Below are positions 14,058 to 27,516 of a stretch of 54,220 nucleotides of DNA, piece by piece. Under the pieces are notes generated by a model, which worked only from the letters and a program-made list of their open reading frames with translations, was not told the DNA's origin and did no database searches. The stretch spans positions 248,001 to 302,220 of the forward strand of contig CT867996.1 of assembly GCA_000165425.1 (NCBI GenBank), written 5' to 3'. The position numbers and the translations under genes are program-made. Numbering within the stretch: position 1 is the stretch's first letter; each line of letters opens with the position of its first letter. Origin of the DNA: Paramecium tetraurelia (lineage: Eukaryota).

Positions 14058-15926
14058 ATGGGCAACGAACCATCAGCTCCAAATGATAAGATTGATTTCT
14101 TGAGACCAGTTCAAAAGAAGGCACCCGAACCTACTTAAATCAACAAAGTATAGCAGAATGAATGGAGAATTGGATTGCAGCATCCTCATCTCTTGTAAAC
14201 TTTGGGAGGTCAACCTGAAGGTGATTAGTATCGATACTTTTTTGAATTCTGTCAAATCACATTAACATCACTACTTTAGGAACGCTACGGAACAAAAAAG
14301 TACTTCCCTGAAGAAGACTTGTAGGCATTGCTTTTAGGTATAAGTAGTGCATTGAGTTTCTTGTAAGAGAAGGGGTTGTCACATGGAGGTAAATTATTAT
14401 TATCATATTTCGATTAGATATATGCACAGCAGAAATCTTCTTTGATTCTAACAGTTCAAGTTTCAAAGTTTTGGATTCAAATTTAATTAATGGAAGAGGA
14501 GCTTCCATTCAGTAATTGCTGTCGGGAAAGTTGAAATATCTTGCACCTGAAATATTACAAAACCCAACACAACCATTATCTGAATTGCAATTGAGTAAAG
14601 GTGATGTTTGGTGTTTGGGCATGGTCATGTTAGAGGCCAGTACTCTTAAACAAAATGACAACCTCTATCAGAATGGTTTATAATTTAGATTGATCCAGGA
14701 TAGAATTAATGAAGTAGCTTAAATCTACAATTTACAATTTGCTGAGAATATTGCTCTTATGCTCAATTTCAACCCAAATGAAAGACTAGACCCAGTTAAT
14801 CTATTTAATTATCTACTGGAACAATAAAGAACTGCAAATGAATAGGATTAGTAGGTAGTTTAACAATAGTAATATTAACAATTACTTCAGTAATAATAAT
14901 TGTATTAACAATAATTATGTTAACAACAACAATAGTAGTAATAGTAATAGTTATTATATCAATAATCCTCGTAGTAGTAGTAACTGACTTATCAATAGGC
15001 TTAGTAATCTCAATTATAATATTAACAATAACCTATATAATATTTACCTTAATAAGTTGAACAATAGAACTTCTAATAATAACAGGTATAATAGGCATAA
15101 CCATCACAATTACAGCAACAACCCCAAGTCCCTCCCTAATATCTTCAATAATAGTAATAATAATAATTATAGACAATCCAATAATAATAATAATACAATA
15201 CTCAATAAACACAATATTCATAGTAATAGCAATAGCAATAACAATTTACTTAAACTCAACAATAAAGATAAAACTACCATCAATCAAGACCATCCTAAGA
15301 TTTTATGATGACTCAACCTGATATGAATCAAACTATGTAAGGTGGTGTTTCAAGAGAAAGAGTTCCCACCAAAGTAATTAAGAAATTAGTTTATCCTGAT
15401 GGAAGAGTTGAATACTAAGAGAAATCACAGTCTGCTTCAAGAATGGGTAATTTATTGTCCTACTATTGTTTTAGTCTAATAGCCCTAATAGTAGAAACCA
15501 CAACAACCAGTTCCTTAACAATAATAACAACCCTAAGCAATGCCACAGCAATAATAAATTATGGCTCAATAATAATAGATAATGGCCCAATAATAGTAGA
15601 TGATTTCTCAATAATAAATGACTTCCTAATAATAATAGTTTACTTAATAACCTCAATATAACCCATAATATTAATAGCAATAATATTACTAGTAGCCATA
15701 ACCTTAATATCAACAGAGGTAGAATGTTCTTGGCAACATTGAGAATTAAATGCATGGAGTTTCTAATGAATAAAACATCACCAGATTGAAATAAGAAATT
15801 GAACACTCAAAAACTTTAATTTAATAATACAACCAACAAAAACCTTCAGTTTAGGCTGAATCTATTGAGGAGAGAATTAGAAAGGTTATCGCCCAATCAT
15901 AAGCATTAAGAGAAAACTTCGCCTGA
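14058..15926 (+). CDS. Protein kinase-like (probable pseudokinase) with N-myristoylation motif and long poly-Q/Y/P low-complexity tail
   Basis: MGNEPS start; LQHPHLL, SHGDI, KYLAPE and GDVWCLGMVMLE motifs. Introns at 14389-14417 and 15447-15474; TGA at 15924-15926. Confidence 0.85.
14820..15720 (+). repeat. Low-complexity Gln-codon tracts (TAA/TAG/CAA/CAG) within the kinase-like CDS
   Basis: Runs such as taacaatagtaatattaacaa and aatagtagtaatagtaatag translate as poly-Q interspersed with Y/P/L in code 6. Confidence 0.85.
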
Positions 15927-15957
15927 ATTATATATATATATTATAAATTATTAGAAA

Positions 15958-16863
15958 ATGCTACCTAAATTAAATCCAAGTTTCTCAACACAATAAGGGA
16001 AATCTCAAGAAGATCTGAGCTTGAATGAAGCCAAGAGACGTTAAAAGCTACTTGAGTTGGAATAGCATAATGTTGAAAACAGAATCAGATAAATTACTAA
16101 AGAGAATGAGAAACTGTCCAAAAAAGTTTAAATGGCAGAGTAATTGGCTTTGGATGTGTATGCTTCCCGTCTGGCTTAGAAGATCAAGGTAATTGTTTAT
16201 TTCTTATAAAATTGTCTAGAAAGAGCAGAAATTGCAATAATAATCCACTGTTGATCCATTAAGATATTAATAAACATAGTATGAGAGAATGAATCTTAAG
16301 AAAATGAAATAAGATGTTAAGGAAATGAAACACAACGATGCTTAATTGATGAAAAAATCACTTAAATACGAATTGATGAGAACTAGTGAAGATTAGAATA
16401 AAAAAGCTTAGAATCTGAAATTAAGAGCCGCCTTGATCAAGGAAGACGAGAAGTTTTCTTAAGTTAAGATTCTCGAGAAAATGTTTGAGAAATAATAAAA
16501 AGTTAGATCCCTATAAGAACTTGAAAAATAAAAGATCCTTTTGGAAAATGAAAAATACGAATACTAGATTAAATAATTAGAGGCTCAGGAAATTAAATTA
16601 GTCGAAAAATTACAAGCTACATAACAAAGAGAATAAGATGTTAAATAGAAGTTAATGGCAGCAACTAGACTAGCCCCTGAAGAATTTGATAAAACTTACT
16701 TAGGTGGCTAATCAATAATTTGCGAATAGGGGAATCATGTATGATTACACTTATAAAAATATAGGAAAAGACCTAAGAGGAATAAAAGGAACAGTAGGAG
16801 GATCCATAAAAAAATGAATAAGAAGGAGGGAATGAAGGATAGTAAGGCACTTAAACTGAATGA
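15958..16863 (+). CDS. Hypothetical coiled-coil protein
   Basis: MLPKLNPSFSTQQG.. with heptad-like E/K/Q/L content. Introns near 16189-16219 and 16739-16764; TGA at 16861-16863. Confidence 0.75.
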
Positions 16864-17925
16864 ACTGATATATAATACGGATCGTCAGTATATATTGTAA
16901 GAAAATTTACTTTCGAATTAAATTCATTTTTCAATATCCTTATAAATTTTTATAATTATATTATATTACAATGAATTAAATGTTCTATAATATTTATGTA
17001 TAAAAAATTGAATATATTTGCTTAATTAAATAAAGGTATATGATATGATCTAAGAGTAATTCTATAGGTGTCATACAATTTTTCATAAAATGTAAACTCC
17101 TTTCAACTACTGATATAATCTTTAGATATTACTTAAGATAGATTTTGAGCATTTTTAAAGAAACTTTAAGTATTGATCTTTGCGATTATAATTCAATTTA
17201 TAGAGGTAGAAACCTTATATTAAAACTATTATCAGATGATTTTAATTAAAAACATAATAAATTAATTAATGGAATTTAATTAAGCTGATCTCTTTTTAAG
17301 AGCTATCTCTATTTGTGAATTGTAGATGAAATCAAATAAAGACTTAGAATATTACAATTAGTGCGCGAATTAATACTTAAAATACAAGACTGAATAAAAT
17401 AGTTTGACAAAGGAATTTAAAATTTGTGATAAACAGTGCAATGAAAAAAATGAATGCAAAAGATAATGTTTAAGACTGTTGACTGATTAGCAGCAATCAT
17501 TAATACAATATTTTGCAAAAACTATTTGAAAAAGTTTGACTATTTTTGTTTATTGTATAATAGCATAATTTCTAAAAATTAATTTAAGCTGATATTAATT
17601 TATTAATTTCTTGGTCTTTTTTTGCAAATTTGCAAATGTTTTGTTAAAAATGCATTTCACCCATTTTTTAAATTGTATATGTTTGTTGTATTAATCGATG
17701 AATCTACACTGTTTTGTAACTTATGAAACTTAATGTAAGACACTAATAATAGTTGTATTTGAAAATTAATTTGTTAATATTGCATAAATATAATTAGTAT
17801 TTAGCATTTATTCAAAATTGAACCATATTTTTTCAATTCCAATTTTATTTTTCAAAATTAATAAACATTAACTTTATCATTGACATTTAATGACATAAAT
17901 AATAACTAGATAAAATATTTAATAA

Positions 17926-20900
17926 ATGAATAAATTCTAAGAGCAAATAATAAAACAAAATTAGATAATTCGTAATCCTCTCTATTAAAACCTTATTATT
18001 TTGGGATAATTTTTTTATACTCTTATATGGATTTTTATAGCTATTTTAGTTTTGGGACATTAAAGGGAAAACCTGCATTTTAAAATATTTTATTATTTCA
18101 GTTTACCCACTAGTTCAATACTATTCAATATTGAGTAAGTCATCATATAAAGCATTACGATAATTTTTTCATTAACCCTTCTTTTGGCCCTGTTGTTCGG
18201 AGCCAACTAGAAATATTCAAAGAAGATCCTTGGGGTCCTTTGGGATGCCTACCCAAATATATGGCAAATCATAATTATTTAAAATAGTGGGCATTGCTTA
18301 CTAACCGATAATCTTAACTTCATACTGGGGATAATTAATATCATTATGGCAATTATAATTTCTCAATTAACCAGCCTGTACTCATTTTCACAAAACACAA
18401 GCCAAAGATTAATTAAATCCTATTTCGAAAGGACCCTGCTTCCGTTTTGCTATTCTGTATTAGCATTGTTCGCAGGTTTTCAAATAAATAACTCATACAT
18501 ATCGTATCTCTATTTAGGCGTACAATTGATTTTTGATCTCTACTTTGGGATATTATACTATGTCAAACCCCATATGCAGTATTTAAATATGAAAACACAG
18601 AAATTGGCTGTTCTGTGTTCCTTCATCAGATTTCCACTGGTGTTGTTTCTATTTTATTACCAAGGCGACGAAGTTATATATTTATCGTTATTTTCACTTC
18701 CACTCATGATACACATCCACTTAATCCTTTGGGAAAACAGATTCATGAGTTTAATATACCGAACCAACATGTTTTTCTAGTACATCTGTCTTGATAAGTT
18801 TAGAGAGAAGGACAACCTAATCGAATGCTACATCGAGTACTATTTTGAAATCATCAATTACAAGAAACCATTGAACAGGGTTTTAATGCTTAGTATATAT
18901 TGCAATCACATGAACATGTGCTAAAACCTCAAGTGTTTTTGTTAAAACAGGAACTTCCACGATGGTGTTAAAATTACCACTCAGTTATCAATAGATCTAA
19001 AGGATATTTAGCAGTAAGTCAATTTTGCAGTGACAGAATAGGATATTTAAAAGAGTTTTAAGGAATTGATGTTATTATTTCTTGACAATTATATCAAGAA
19101 TGTAAGATATACTGCTATGGGAGAAACGTTAATCTTAAAGCTAAGTCTTTACGAAAGTGAAAACTTTAAGCAGAGACTGTTTTAAGCCAAGCTCAGATTT
19201 CAATATCTTAAGTTATACTATAATAAGTACCACCCCCAATTTTTGGAGAGATGGGCAACGTGTACATTGGTTACTGAAAAACTGCAACTTTATATAGGTG
19301 GTGTTAATAATTTGAATTTCGATCTTTCGTTGTCTTTGTAATATTTTAAATTACTAGAAAACATTCAACATGACATATGCAAAGTGATTGAAGATAAAAT
19401 ACTTATTTTAGAATTGTTGAAAAGAAATTATTAAAATCCAGTGCCTTATCTATTACACAGCTCCACTCAACAATACTTGAATGAATGCAACCAATTAGAA
19501 TCACAAATAAAATAGCTTATTCAACTTAATGGAATATCGTCTGAAGTGAGAGATTTGTAGGATGAGTTCTATTCTTAAATTAAAATAGACTACGGATTCA
19601 AGAACATTCGCAAAAAATCAACCATTCCTTTCATAAACCAAAACCAAACAGCCTTTGTAATCTGTGATTATGAAGGAGAACTTATAATAAAAGATTATTC
19701 TAGCAACTTCATTTCCATGATTGATGTAAGTTCATAAGTAAAGGGAAGTGCTATCGAATAAATTGTTCCCGTCATATTGTAACAATATCATAGAGTTGCT
19801 ATTTCTCAAATGATCAATACTGGTCAAACCAAACTTGTCAATAAGGATTAATACACTCTAATGGTCAAATCAGAAAAGTACATCTTGGAAGTAGATGCAC
19901 TCTTGAGATTTGATTATAGACAACTGGATTTTTTAAGGTTCATAGGTTTCATCCAATTGAGAGACAAGGACAGCATTTTATTACTCGCGAACGACAAAGG
20001 AAAGCTTGACTCTTATTCTAGATCTGCTGGAGTGCTGCTAAAACTGGATGAAATTGACCTTAACTTTTTGAATTACGCTTATTTATCCCCTTGTTTATTA
20101 GATGATAAAGTGGAGTAGGAGTTTGATGGATTCATATTGATTCCTAAAAGATTGTATAGATCTGATATTTTGGGATACATGAGGTACTTTATAGGATCTC
20201 CTGATGAGTGCTATATTTTCTTAGTCAACGCTGAGCATTAAAAAAAGACGTATACTTCAGTTACAATATAATGTTTGAAGGTGAATTCATTCTATTAACT
20301 GAAAGAACTGGATTTCAAGATAATAGCGTTGGATATTATGATTAGATAAATTATGATCTTAAAGTAAGTGTACAAGTCTCAATATTTGGTTTCTCCTGAA
20401 TGTATTCGCAAAATATAAACTTTCAAAAAGACTTTTAAAATTCAACCAACAATAGAATTTAATGAAGGGGAATATAATTTAATTTATGAAGATGATTCAG
20501 AAAGAGAAATATAGATCCAAGGCAGAAACCAAAATATTCTCCCAGAATTCATTCCATCCCTGGATTCAATCAGAACATAAAATGAAAAGTTGCTTCTCAC
20601 TTTTGACTAATATAGAGACTATCCCCACACTTTAAGCAAGGATAAATCCTTCGAATAACAATAGAAATTGGACACTTTTGAGGGTTCAAAGTCTGAGTTG
20701 GATGTATACAGTAAATAAAAAAAGAATACTAATTAACTTATAGAAATTGAATTGAATGCTGCAGAAGATCAAAACATTGAAGAGTAATTACAAATTATTT
20801 TAACTACTGTGAAAGCCAGGTAAACACGAAAAGAAATGCTAGAAATGAAAAATCAATTGAAAAATAAACATAAAGCAAGTACTTGGCATGGAAATGGGAA

Positions 20901-22485
20901 TGCGTATACTTAAAAATAACTCGTTAGAAGTATTGTACATTAATTTTAAATATCTTCATTGAGTTCATTATTATCTATCAAAATAGTGTCATGCTTTTTG
21001 GTAATAATAAATATTGGATTTATCCTTGGATTTGTTATTAACAGTCTTATCAATATAGCTGGTATATAGTTGGATTCTAATAATCAAACCTATCCATTAA
21101 TATTGTTTCAAGATCTCAATTTGGTATTAATGGGGATACAACTTGAGGATTGGAGCAACGAAAATCAAGAACTAGCATAGATCTATAAGGTTTTGGGAGC
21201 TGAACAATACTAAAATTTGAGTATTCATGTCAATGATATTGAAAATGACTATCATGTATTTCTATAGGAACTTGATCAAGAAACAATAGAGGTTGAAGAA
21301 AATGGGATACCAATTACTTATTTTAAGAAATATTTCCTCAAAAATTATATGGTGGAAAAGTTGAGAACCATATAAGAAGCTGAATCTGTTCCATTATTTG
21401 GAGATGACAGTGAGTTCTTATTTGATAATTTTCCAGAAATTGCAACCTAATTATGGAACTTAAAAAGTAAAACAACCAGAGATGTAATTGATAGAATTGA
21501 TGAATTGGATCAAATGTCAAAGTTATTACTGACCCTTTCTATTATTTGTAATCTTATAGCAATAATAATATATTTGACAATTCTGGTGGGTATTATTTAG
21601 TGGAGAAATAAGATTTATTCAACCTTGTTTCTATTCAACAACATTTAAATGTTGATTACTTAATTATCGGACTCAATCAGTCGTTCGGTTATCTAAGCAT
21701 CAAATAACAAAGGGTATGACGAGGAGAAAAACAAGAAAATTAAGTTTCTTTGGTAAGTTTATGGAGCTGCAGCCTTTTTTATACTTTCTATCATCTCCTT
21801 AGGATTTTATATACCATTATTCCTGTATATAGATTCCGTTAACTTATAATCAATCGATGTTAATTAACTACAGACTGAACTCACCTTGATGCAACTGAAA
21901 TAGTCATTGATTCTCACTTGGTGGTCTGCAAATCAAACAGAACTTGTGTATAATACTAGCTTAATCCACAATACCTCTATTATTCAATAGGCGATTGATG
22001 AGTGCACTCCTTCAGAGTATTTTGTTTTGTACGATCTCCCTTTTGATAGTAAGTATGATTACTTTCCAGAAATTCAGCAGTATACTACAACTTCTATTTG
22101 CAATTGCTCTTTGCTGTAAAATTAATTATAGAATGGATTTCAGGGATTTTAATCTTATGTCTCTCAACACTTATATGATTCAGATTCATAAATTGAAATT
22201 TTGCAAGCCTATAGATTTGTATTTGAATTTCAAATCCAAAAAAAAAAAGAGTTTGATGATTATATGGAAAATCGATTATAAAATACTTTATTAACATTAT
22301 AAATCATTCTAGAGATTAGCGTGATACTTATAATTACAATATAATCGTCACTTCTATTTATGATTCATAATTAAATTAAGAAATTAGTTAAATCTACTAA
22401 AAGCATCATGTACTTATTTCCTCCTCAAATTCTGGCAAACAATAAATATGCTCTATAAGTATTAATCTAAGGTAGCAATTAATGA
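17926..22485 (+). CDS. Large multi-pass membrane protein with divergent PAS domain (TmcB-like family)
   Basis: Apparently intronless ~1519-aa frame that includes the ORF-track fragments at 18346 and 19861. N-terminal TMs, a PAS-like segment (IIKDYSSNFISM..KGSAIEQIVPVILQQYHRVAI), and a C-terminal TM followed by ..KSIMYLFPPQILANNKY, matching the C-terminus of the 6400-11324 gene. Confidence 0.78.
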
Positions 22486-22879
22486 GAATATTTTTGTTAT
22501 TTATTATTTTAAATCTAATAATCTATTCATTAAAATCAACAGAGTTCAATTAATTTCAATTAAATTCTTGCTTTTCCTCTAGACATCATTATCTAGAATA
22601 ACAAAAGAAATTAATTGTAACCTTATTTTACATAAAATAACTTAAAAAAAAAATGAAGTTATTTAATGTTTCCTCTTATTCAAATACTGATGGTTAATTA
22701 ATTAATTTTTAATAAAGAACAGTTTTAATTTATGATAAAAATATATACTAATAATTATTTGAATAGATATAGATCTATTGTTTATATATAAAAAGGTAGT
22801 AAAAATTACTATGGAAAATCGTTAAGATTAAAACCACTTAATTATTATAATTTCTGTTTTTAATTAATAATTAAATCTC

Positions 22880-23638
22880 ATGAGTAGAAATGGCCTTGAA
22901 TAGATTTGTAATTAAGCAACTAATTTTTGGAAATCGTAACTTTTGCCATAAAAAAAATAAGTTGAAGAAGTTTCTACTGATTTTGGTTCAAATATCCTCG
23001 TTGAATGCTCCTTTATTGAAGTTTCAGCTAAAAAAACTGAAGAGTTTCTCTTTCCATAAGCTCTAAACCTCAGCCAGATTAACGAAAAAGGTGAGTAAGA
23101 ACCTCTTTATACTTAAAAACACAACTCATCTTAAATCGAAATTGATGAAAATTTTGAAGAAGAGGGAGATGAATTATCCTGTTCTCAATAACAGAGTAAA
23201 AGGAAGGAAAAGAAGAAATCTAGAACTCGATCAAATAAATCAAGTAAGAATTTTCATTAAAAGATTAGCTAAATAAAGAATTACAATAAGCCAAGAAGCT
23301 TTCATCATGGAACAAACTAGAATGGGAACCAACCTCAAAGACATAGCTCAACAAATCCCTGGGATGACTATCAACCAAATTAAGAGTGTATTGATGAAAA
23401 AACTAAAAACATGTAGTAAAAATAACGATTTTCAAGGTGAAGATATTTCAGATCTAATAGAAAGGATATCTAATTTACAACAGTAATTAAAATAATTAAA
23501 CATAGGGAAGAAAACATAGACAACGCTACGAAAATAGAAGAGTTAAGACAGCATATCCACACAATGGAGAATCACTTGGATTAGGCGAAGAAGTTGATCT
23601 TATAAAAATATATGATTTTATTTCAACAATAGCAGTGA
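22880..23638 (+). CDS. Myb/SANT-like helix-turn-helix protein (degenerate) with C-terminal coiled coil
   Basis: After a 25-nt intron near 23244-23268 the frame reads RITISQEAFIMEQTRMGTNLKDIAQQIPGMTINQIKSVLMKKLK. A basic NLS-like patch lies upstream. Second intron near 23483-23505; TGA at 23636-23638. Confidence 0.6.
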
Positions 23639-23789
23639 GGAGTTTAGATTTCACTTACTTGATTTTTATTAACAAGTTGAATTTGAGCATCATCAATTTC
23701 AAACTATAATTATGTTGATCAAATTCTAATCGTAAAGATAATTCAAAATAATTAGTAAATAACATAATATAAAATTATTGTTAGTGTAA

Positions 23790-26700
23790 TCAAAAAAATT
23801 CTAAATACACTCTTTTATTGAAATCGTTTCTCTTCAACTATTAAAAGAAAGTCTCAATATCCCTTTCATTAGTAAAGAACTTGCTCTCTTCAGAGACATT
23901 AGCTAATTATTTTAAATACAACATATTCATATTTTGATTGGCGATGTTAAAGATTAATAGATGTATATTCTTTTTCTTAATTAAACTTTGAAGCCGATTG
24001 ATGGACATCTAATTGTAATTTCTCACTCCTTCACTAAACACACAAACATATCTAAGCACCTAATCATCTTTTTCCTCATTAATCATATCAATGTCGATTT
24101 TATACTAATTCTATACATAAATCTCAATATATATTACCATGTTTTCGTGCAGACTATTATTTTCCGATAATTCATCACCATCCTTAATTATTTAACTAAA
24201 CCCCTATGAAAAGGTTTTGCCATTTTTCGAAGAATTGGAAAACCCCCTGAATTCGACATCCGAAAATTTAAACTCTTCCTGCTCTATCTGCTATTTAATC
24301 TTATTTGATTTTAGATGTAACGCTAATTGCTTTCTCTATTCAAGTTTATCTTTTTCAAATAGAATTGCTATCACTATTTCTAACACCAAAAATATATTCG
24401 CCTGTCCTCCAGGTTTAATTAAGGTCTTATCAATTATTGATTCAAGCAATTTCTTATAAGTTCCTTTAACCTGTAATGAGAATATCTCATGTAGCGATTC
24501 ATTAAAAGCATATAATGCAACCTCAGCATCTTCGTCCAATTTTTGAATAACATATTTGCACATTGAATGGGACAACGTAATTTACTCATTGGTCATTTCT
24601 GATGAATAATCTATCAAAAAGATAAATTCAAGCTTTTTTGGCTAATTCTATTAAGAAAACTTTATTAAACAGTCAATATCGATTTAACATTTCTTAAAAA
24701 TCTTGATTAAGGATTTTAAAACCAATTTTTATAGTCCTGGATCATAAAACCCATCAGCTTTTAAAATAGACACAAATTTTTATGATGCCTAAAAGTAATC
24801 CTCATTGATCATCAAGATTAAAGCCTATTGCATACATAAAATGAACTTACTTCTAACCCATAGATCTTCTCTTGGAGTATTTCAAGAGGTATATTTCTAA
24901 AGATATCCACAAACTCTTTAGAATCCAATTGCTTAATGTCATCTTTAATTGATTTGAGGATAGCGAACTTATTTTGAGCCTCCTTTAATTCTTAATACGC
25001 CTTTTCCATAATCTTTGCCTTAACAAAACAGAAAGCTTTTTTTATGTAAATATTGATTTTCATATATTGAATTGAGAAGGAATCAGGGAGATTTTAAATG
25101 TCATCCATCACATCATTGAATTATTTAACACTTTCATTCAAAAATGTTGATTATGTTTTAGACATACTATAATTAAATAGAATGCAAGCTAATTGGTACT
25201 TTCGAAAAGCAATCTTATATTCTAAGATTTATTTCTTTTGTAGGAATTCCTCATCCAAATAAGCTTTTGATATTGGAGAAGACCTTCTTGGAGAGGATCT
25301 CCTTGGACTATCTATAGGTTCTAAGAGTTCAGAGTTTTATTATTTAATCTATTGGTCTTCTTATGTGATATTCTTGACTTAATTTATTGTTTATCTCAGA
25401 CCTCGATTTTCAAATTCTGGCTAGCTTTTCATCTGTGAGGTTTCTATATAATTTCTAGATTTTTGAATAGTTTGTCCTCTAGATAAATTAGTTTGTGCAT
25501 TTTGTATTACCTTAGTTTTTTTTTCAATATCCTTTATGACACTTCTCATCACCTAATCATCTTGTCTCTAAAACTTCTATAGAACGTTGTTTTTCAATCG
25601 AAGATATAATTTCATAAGTTGTTGGTCATCATGAGTTTGGGCTGCTTAATTCGCATACTTCTGCATTTCAATGAGACTTTATAAATCTTGGTTTGCAATT
25701 AAGACAGATTCTTCTTACTCGTTCATAGCCTCAAGATATCTTTGGTTTTTCATATGTATTCTTGCGATATTGTTAGCACAGATGCCAACAGCAGGATTGT
25801 TGTTATATTTCTTGTAGAAACTCTTAGACATGCTTAGAATGATAAGTGCCTCAGCTTCATTAATTTCTTATGATTCTTATAAGAGTTTGTTGTTTGAATA
25901 CTTGATGCTATTAAGTAGATTAATTATGACTTCGTATGATTGCCTAATCTCCTGGTTGTAGAATAAATTAGAATAGCTTTGTAAATTGAAATCCTGAATC
26001 TCTAGATACTTCATATCCACGTCAGTTAATTTGATTAATTGGTTTATTGGCATTTCGAGGGATAAAGCTAATATAACTCCTTTTCTCCAAAAGTAAAGTA
26101 ACAAGGCAATATGAATGGCACAACCTATGACTATCTCATTGATCAGTGTAGATTAAGCAAGATTATTTTCTCCAGCTAGTTTTTAATAATCTACCAGTGA
26201 CATCGAATATAGAAAAACAACTGAACAGTTTTTCAATAATTGTTGGGTTAAATCTATTGAGGGATAATTTGGGTGTGTAAAGTAATAGGATTGGAAAAAT
26301 ACTATTCGCTATTCACCCATCCCATCGTAGATCATATTCCATTCTCTCTATTGGATTGGGACACTTATTAATGAATATAGTTGGCTTTAAAAATCTTCAG
26401 TTTAATTAGGCCATAGGGATAAGGCACTTTCCAAACTTCCATTTATGAGTTTACCATTTGATATCTCATTTAGTTAACCGTTTGTTAGAAAAGAATAGAT
26501 AATTGGTGAATTGGAGTTTACTATTAAGGGAATACTTAATTTTGTTTGAATTTAAAAATTACAATAATGAGCTTGATTGCCAACATTCAAACTCCAGATT
26601 TCGCTATTATTTTCTATTTTAGGAAAAACAATTTAAGAAGAAAATTGGGATAAAAAAGATTCGCAATTGTCTGGTGTTTAGCAATTTTTAATTGATTTAT

Positions 26701-27225
26701 TATACCATTCGTTTGCTATTGATTCATTTTTACTGAGAAAGGTGATTCCCAAGCCATTTTGGCAGAGCAAATGGATTTCTTCAAATATTGCATTCTCAAT
26801 ATAGATTTTTATAACTCTAGTAAGTGATGAATATAATTATAAGGTTGAAAATTAGTTTGAGTATTAATCTTTCAATTGTTGTAGACTTGTAGCTGGTTAA
26901 AAGTGCCAAAATACTTGATCGAGTTCTTTTTCATTCAATTATTAAAAATTATTGATGGAATTGACAAGATTAGATATGCCATAGAGGGAATTGATATCTG
27001 GCCTAATAGATCGGCCATAATAGTATCTCGTGAATCGGATTGAGTTCTAAATCAAAATTTCAATATTACTAATGAAGTTTCAGTATAAAGCAAGGAAGAA
27101 AGTATTTCGCTCTAGGAAATGTTTGTACCTTTAAAATATAATCCTAATAGCACTATCAAACTACAAAGGAAATAAAGTAGTGCGAGAAATACTGTCATTA
27201 GTATTAGCCTATATCTCAATTCCAT
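23790..27225 (-). CDS. Receptor-like membrane protein: TM, extracellular domain, TM, HAMP-like linker, TPR, C-terminal vWA domain
   Basis: Two hydrophobic helices flank ~330 aa. Then LEMPINQLIKL..EIRQSYEVIINLL (HAMP-like), AVGICANNIARIHMKNQRYLEA (TPR) and FIFLIDYSSEM..VALYAFNE..PGGQANIFLVL (vWA). TGA at 23790-23792; at least one tiny intron near 24825-24850. Confidence 0.75.
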
Positions 27226-27516
27226 TAATATATTTATAAATGGATTTTCAAATTATAGACAAATTATTTATTGGATTTTGGTTTATTAATATATTGATTA
27301 CTCATACTTCTTAATTTAAGATTTAATTTGGACTCCAAGGTAAATAAGTAAATGTTGATGAAAAATTGGGAGTTTGAATTTTGATGACAGTTTATAATTA
27401 ATCAACAATTTCCCCCATTAATTAACAAATCAACTAAGTCCTTTTCTAGACAGTTCCTTCATAAGCATAATATTAAATATTAACTATCCTATATATTAAT
27501 GTTCATTCAGAATATA

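Noticed and set aside
15033..15806. Asn-rich, Ile-rich and Leu-rich ORFs in the track
   Set aside because: They are alternative-frame or antisense readings of the poly-Q tract encoded by TAA/TAG/CAA.
16870..17920. About 1 kb AT-rich gap as a possible ncRNA, IES or mobile element
   Set aside because: No tRNA/snRNA structure, terminal inverted repeats or transposase motif seen. TA-bounded IES consensus cannot be distinguished from background without germline/somatic comparison.
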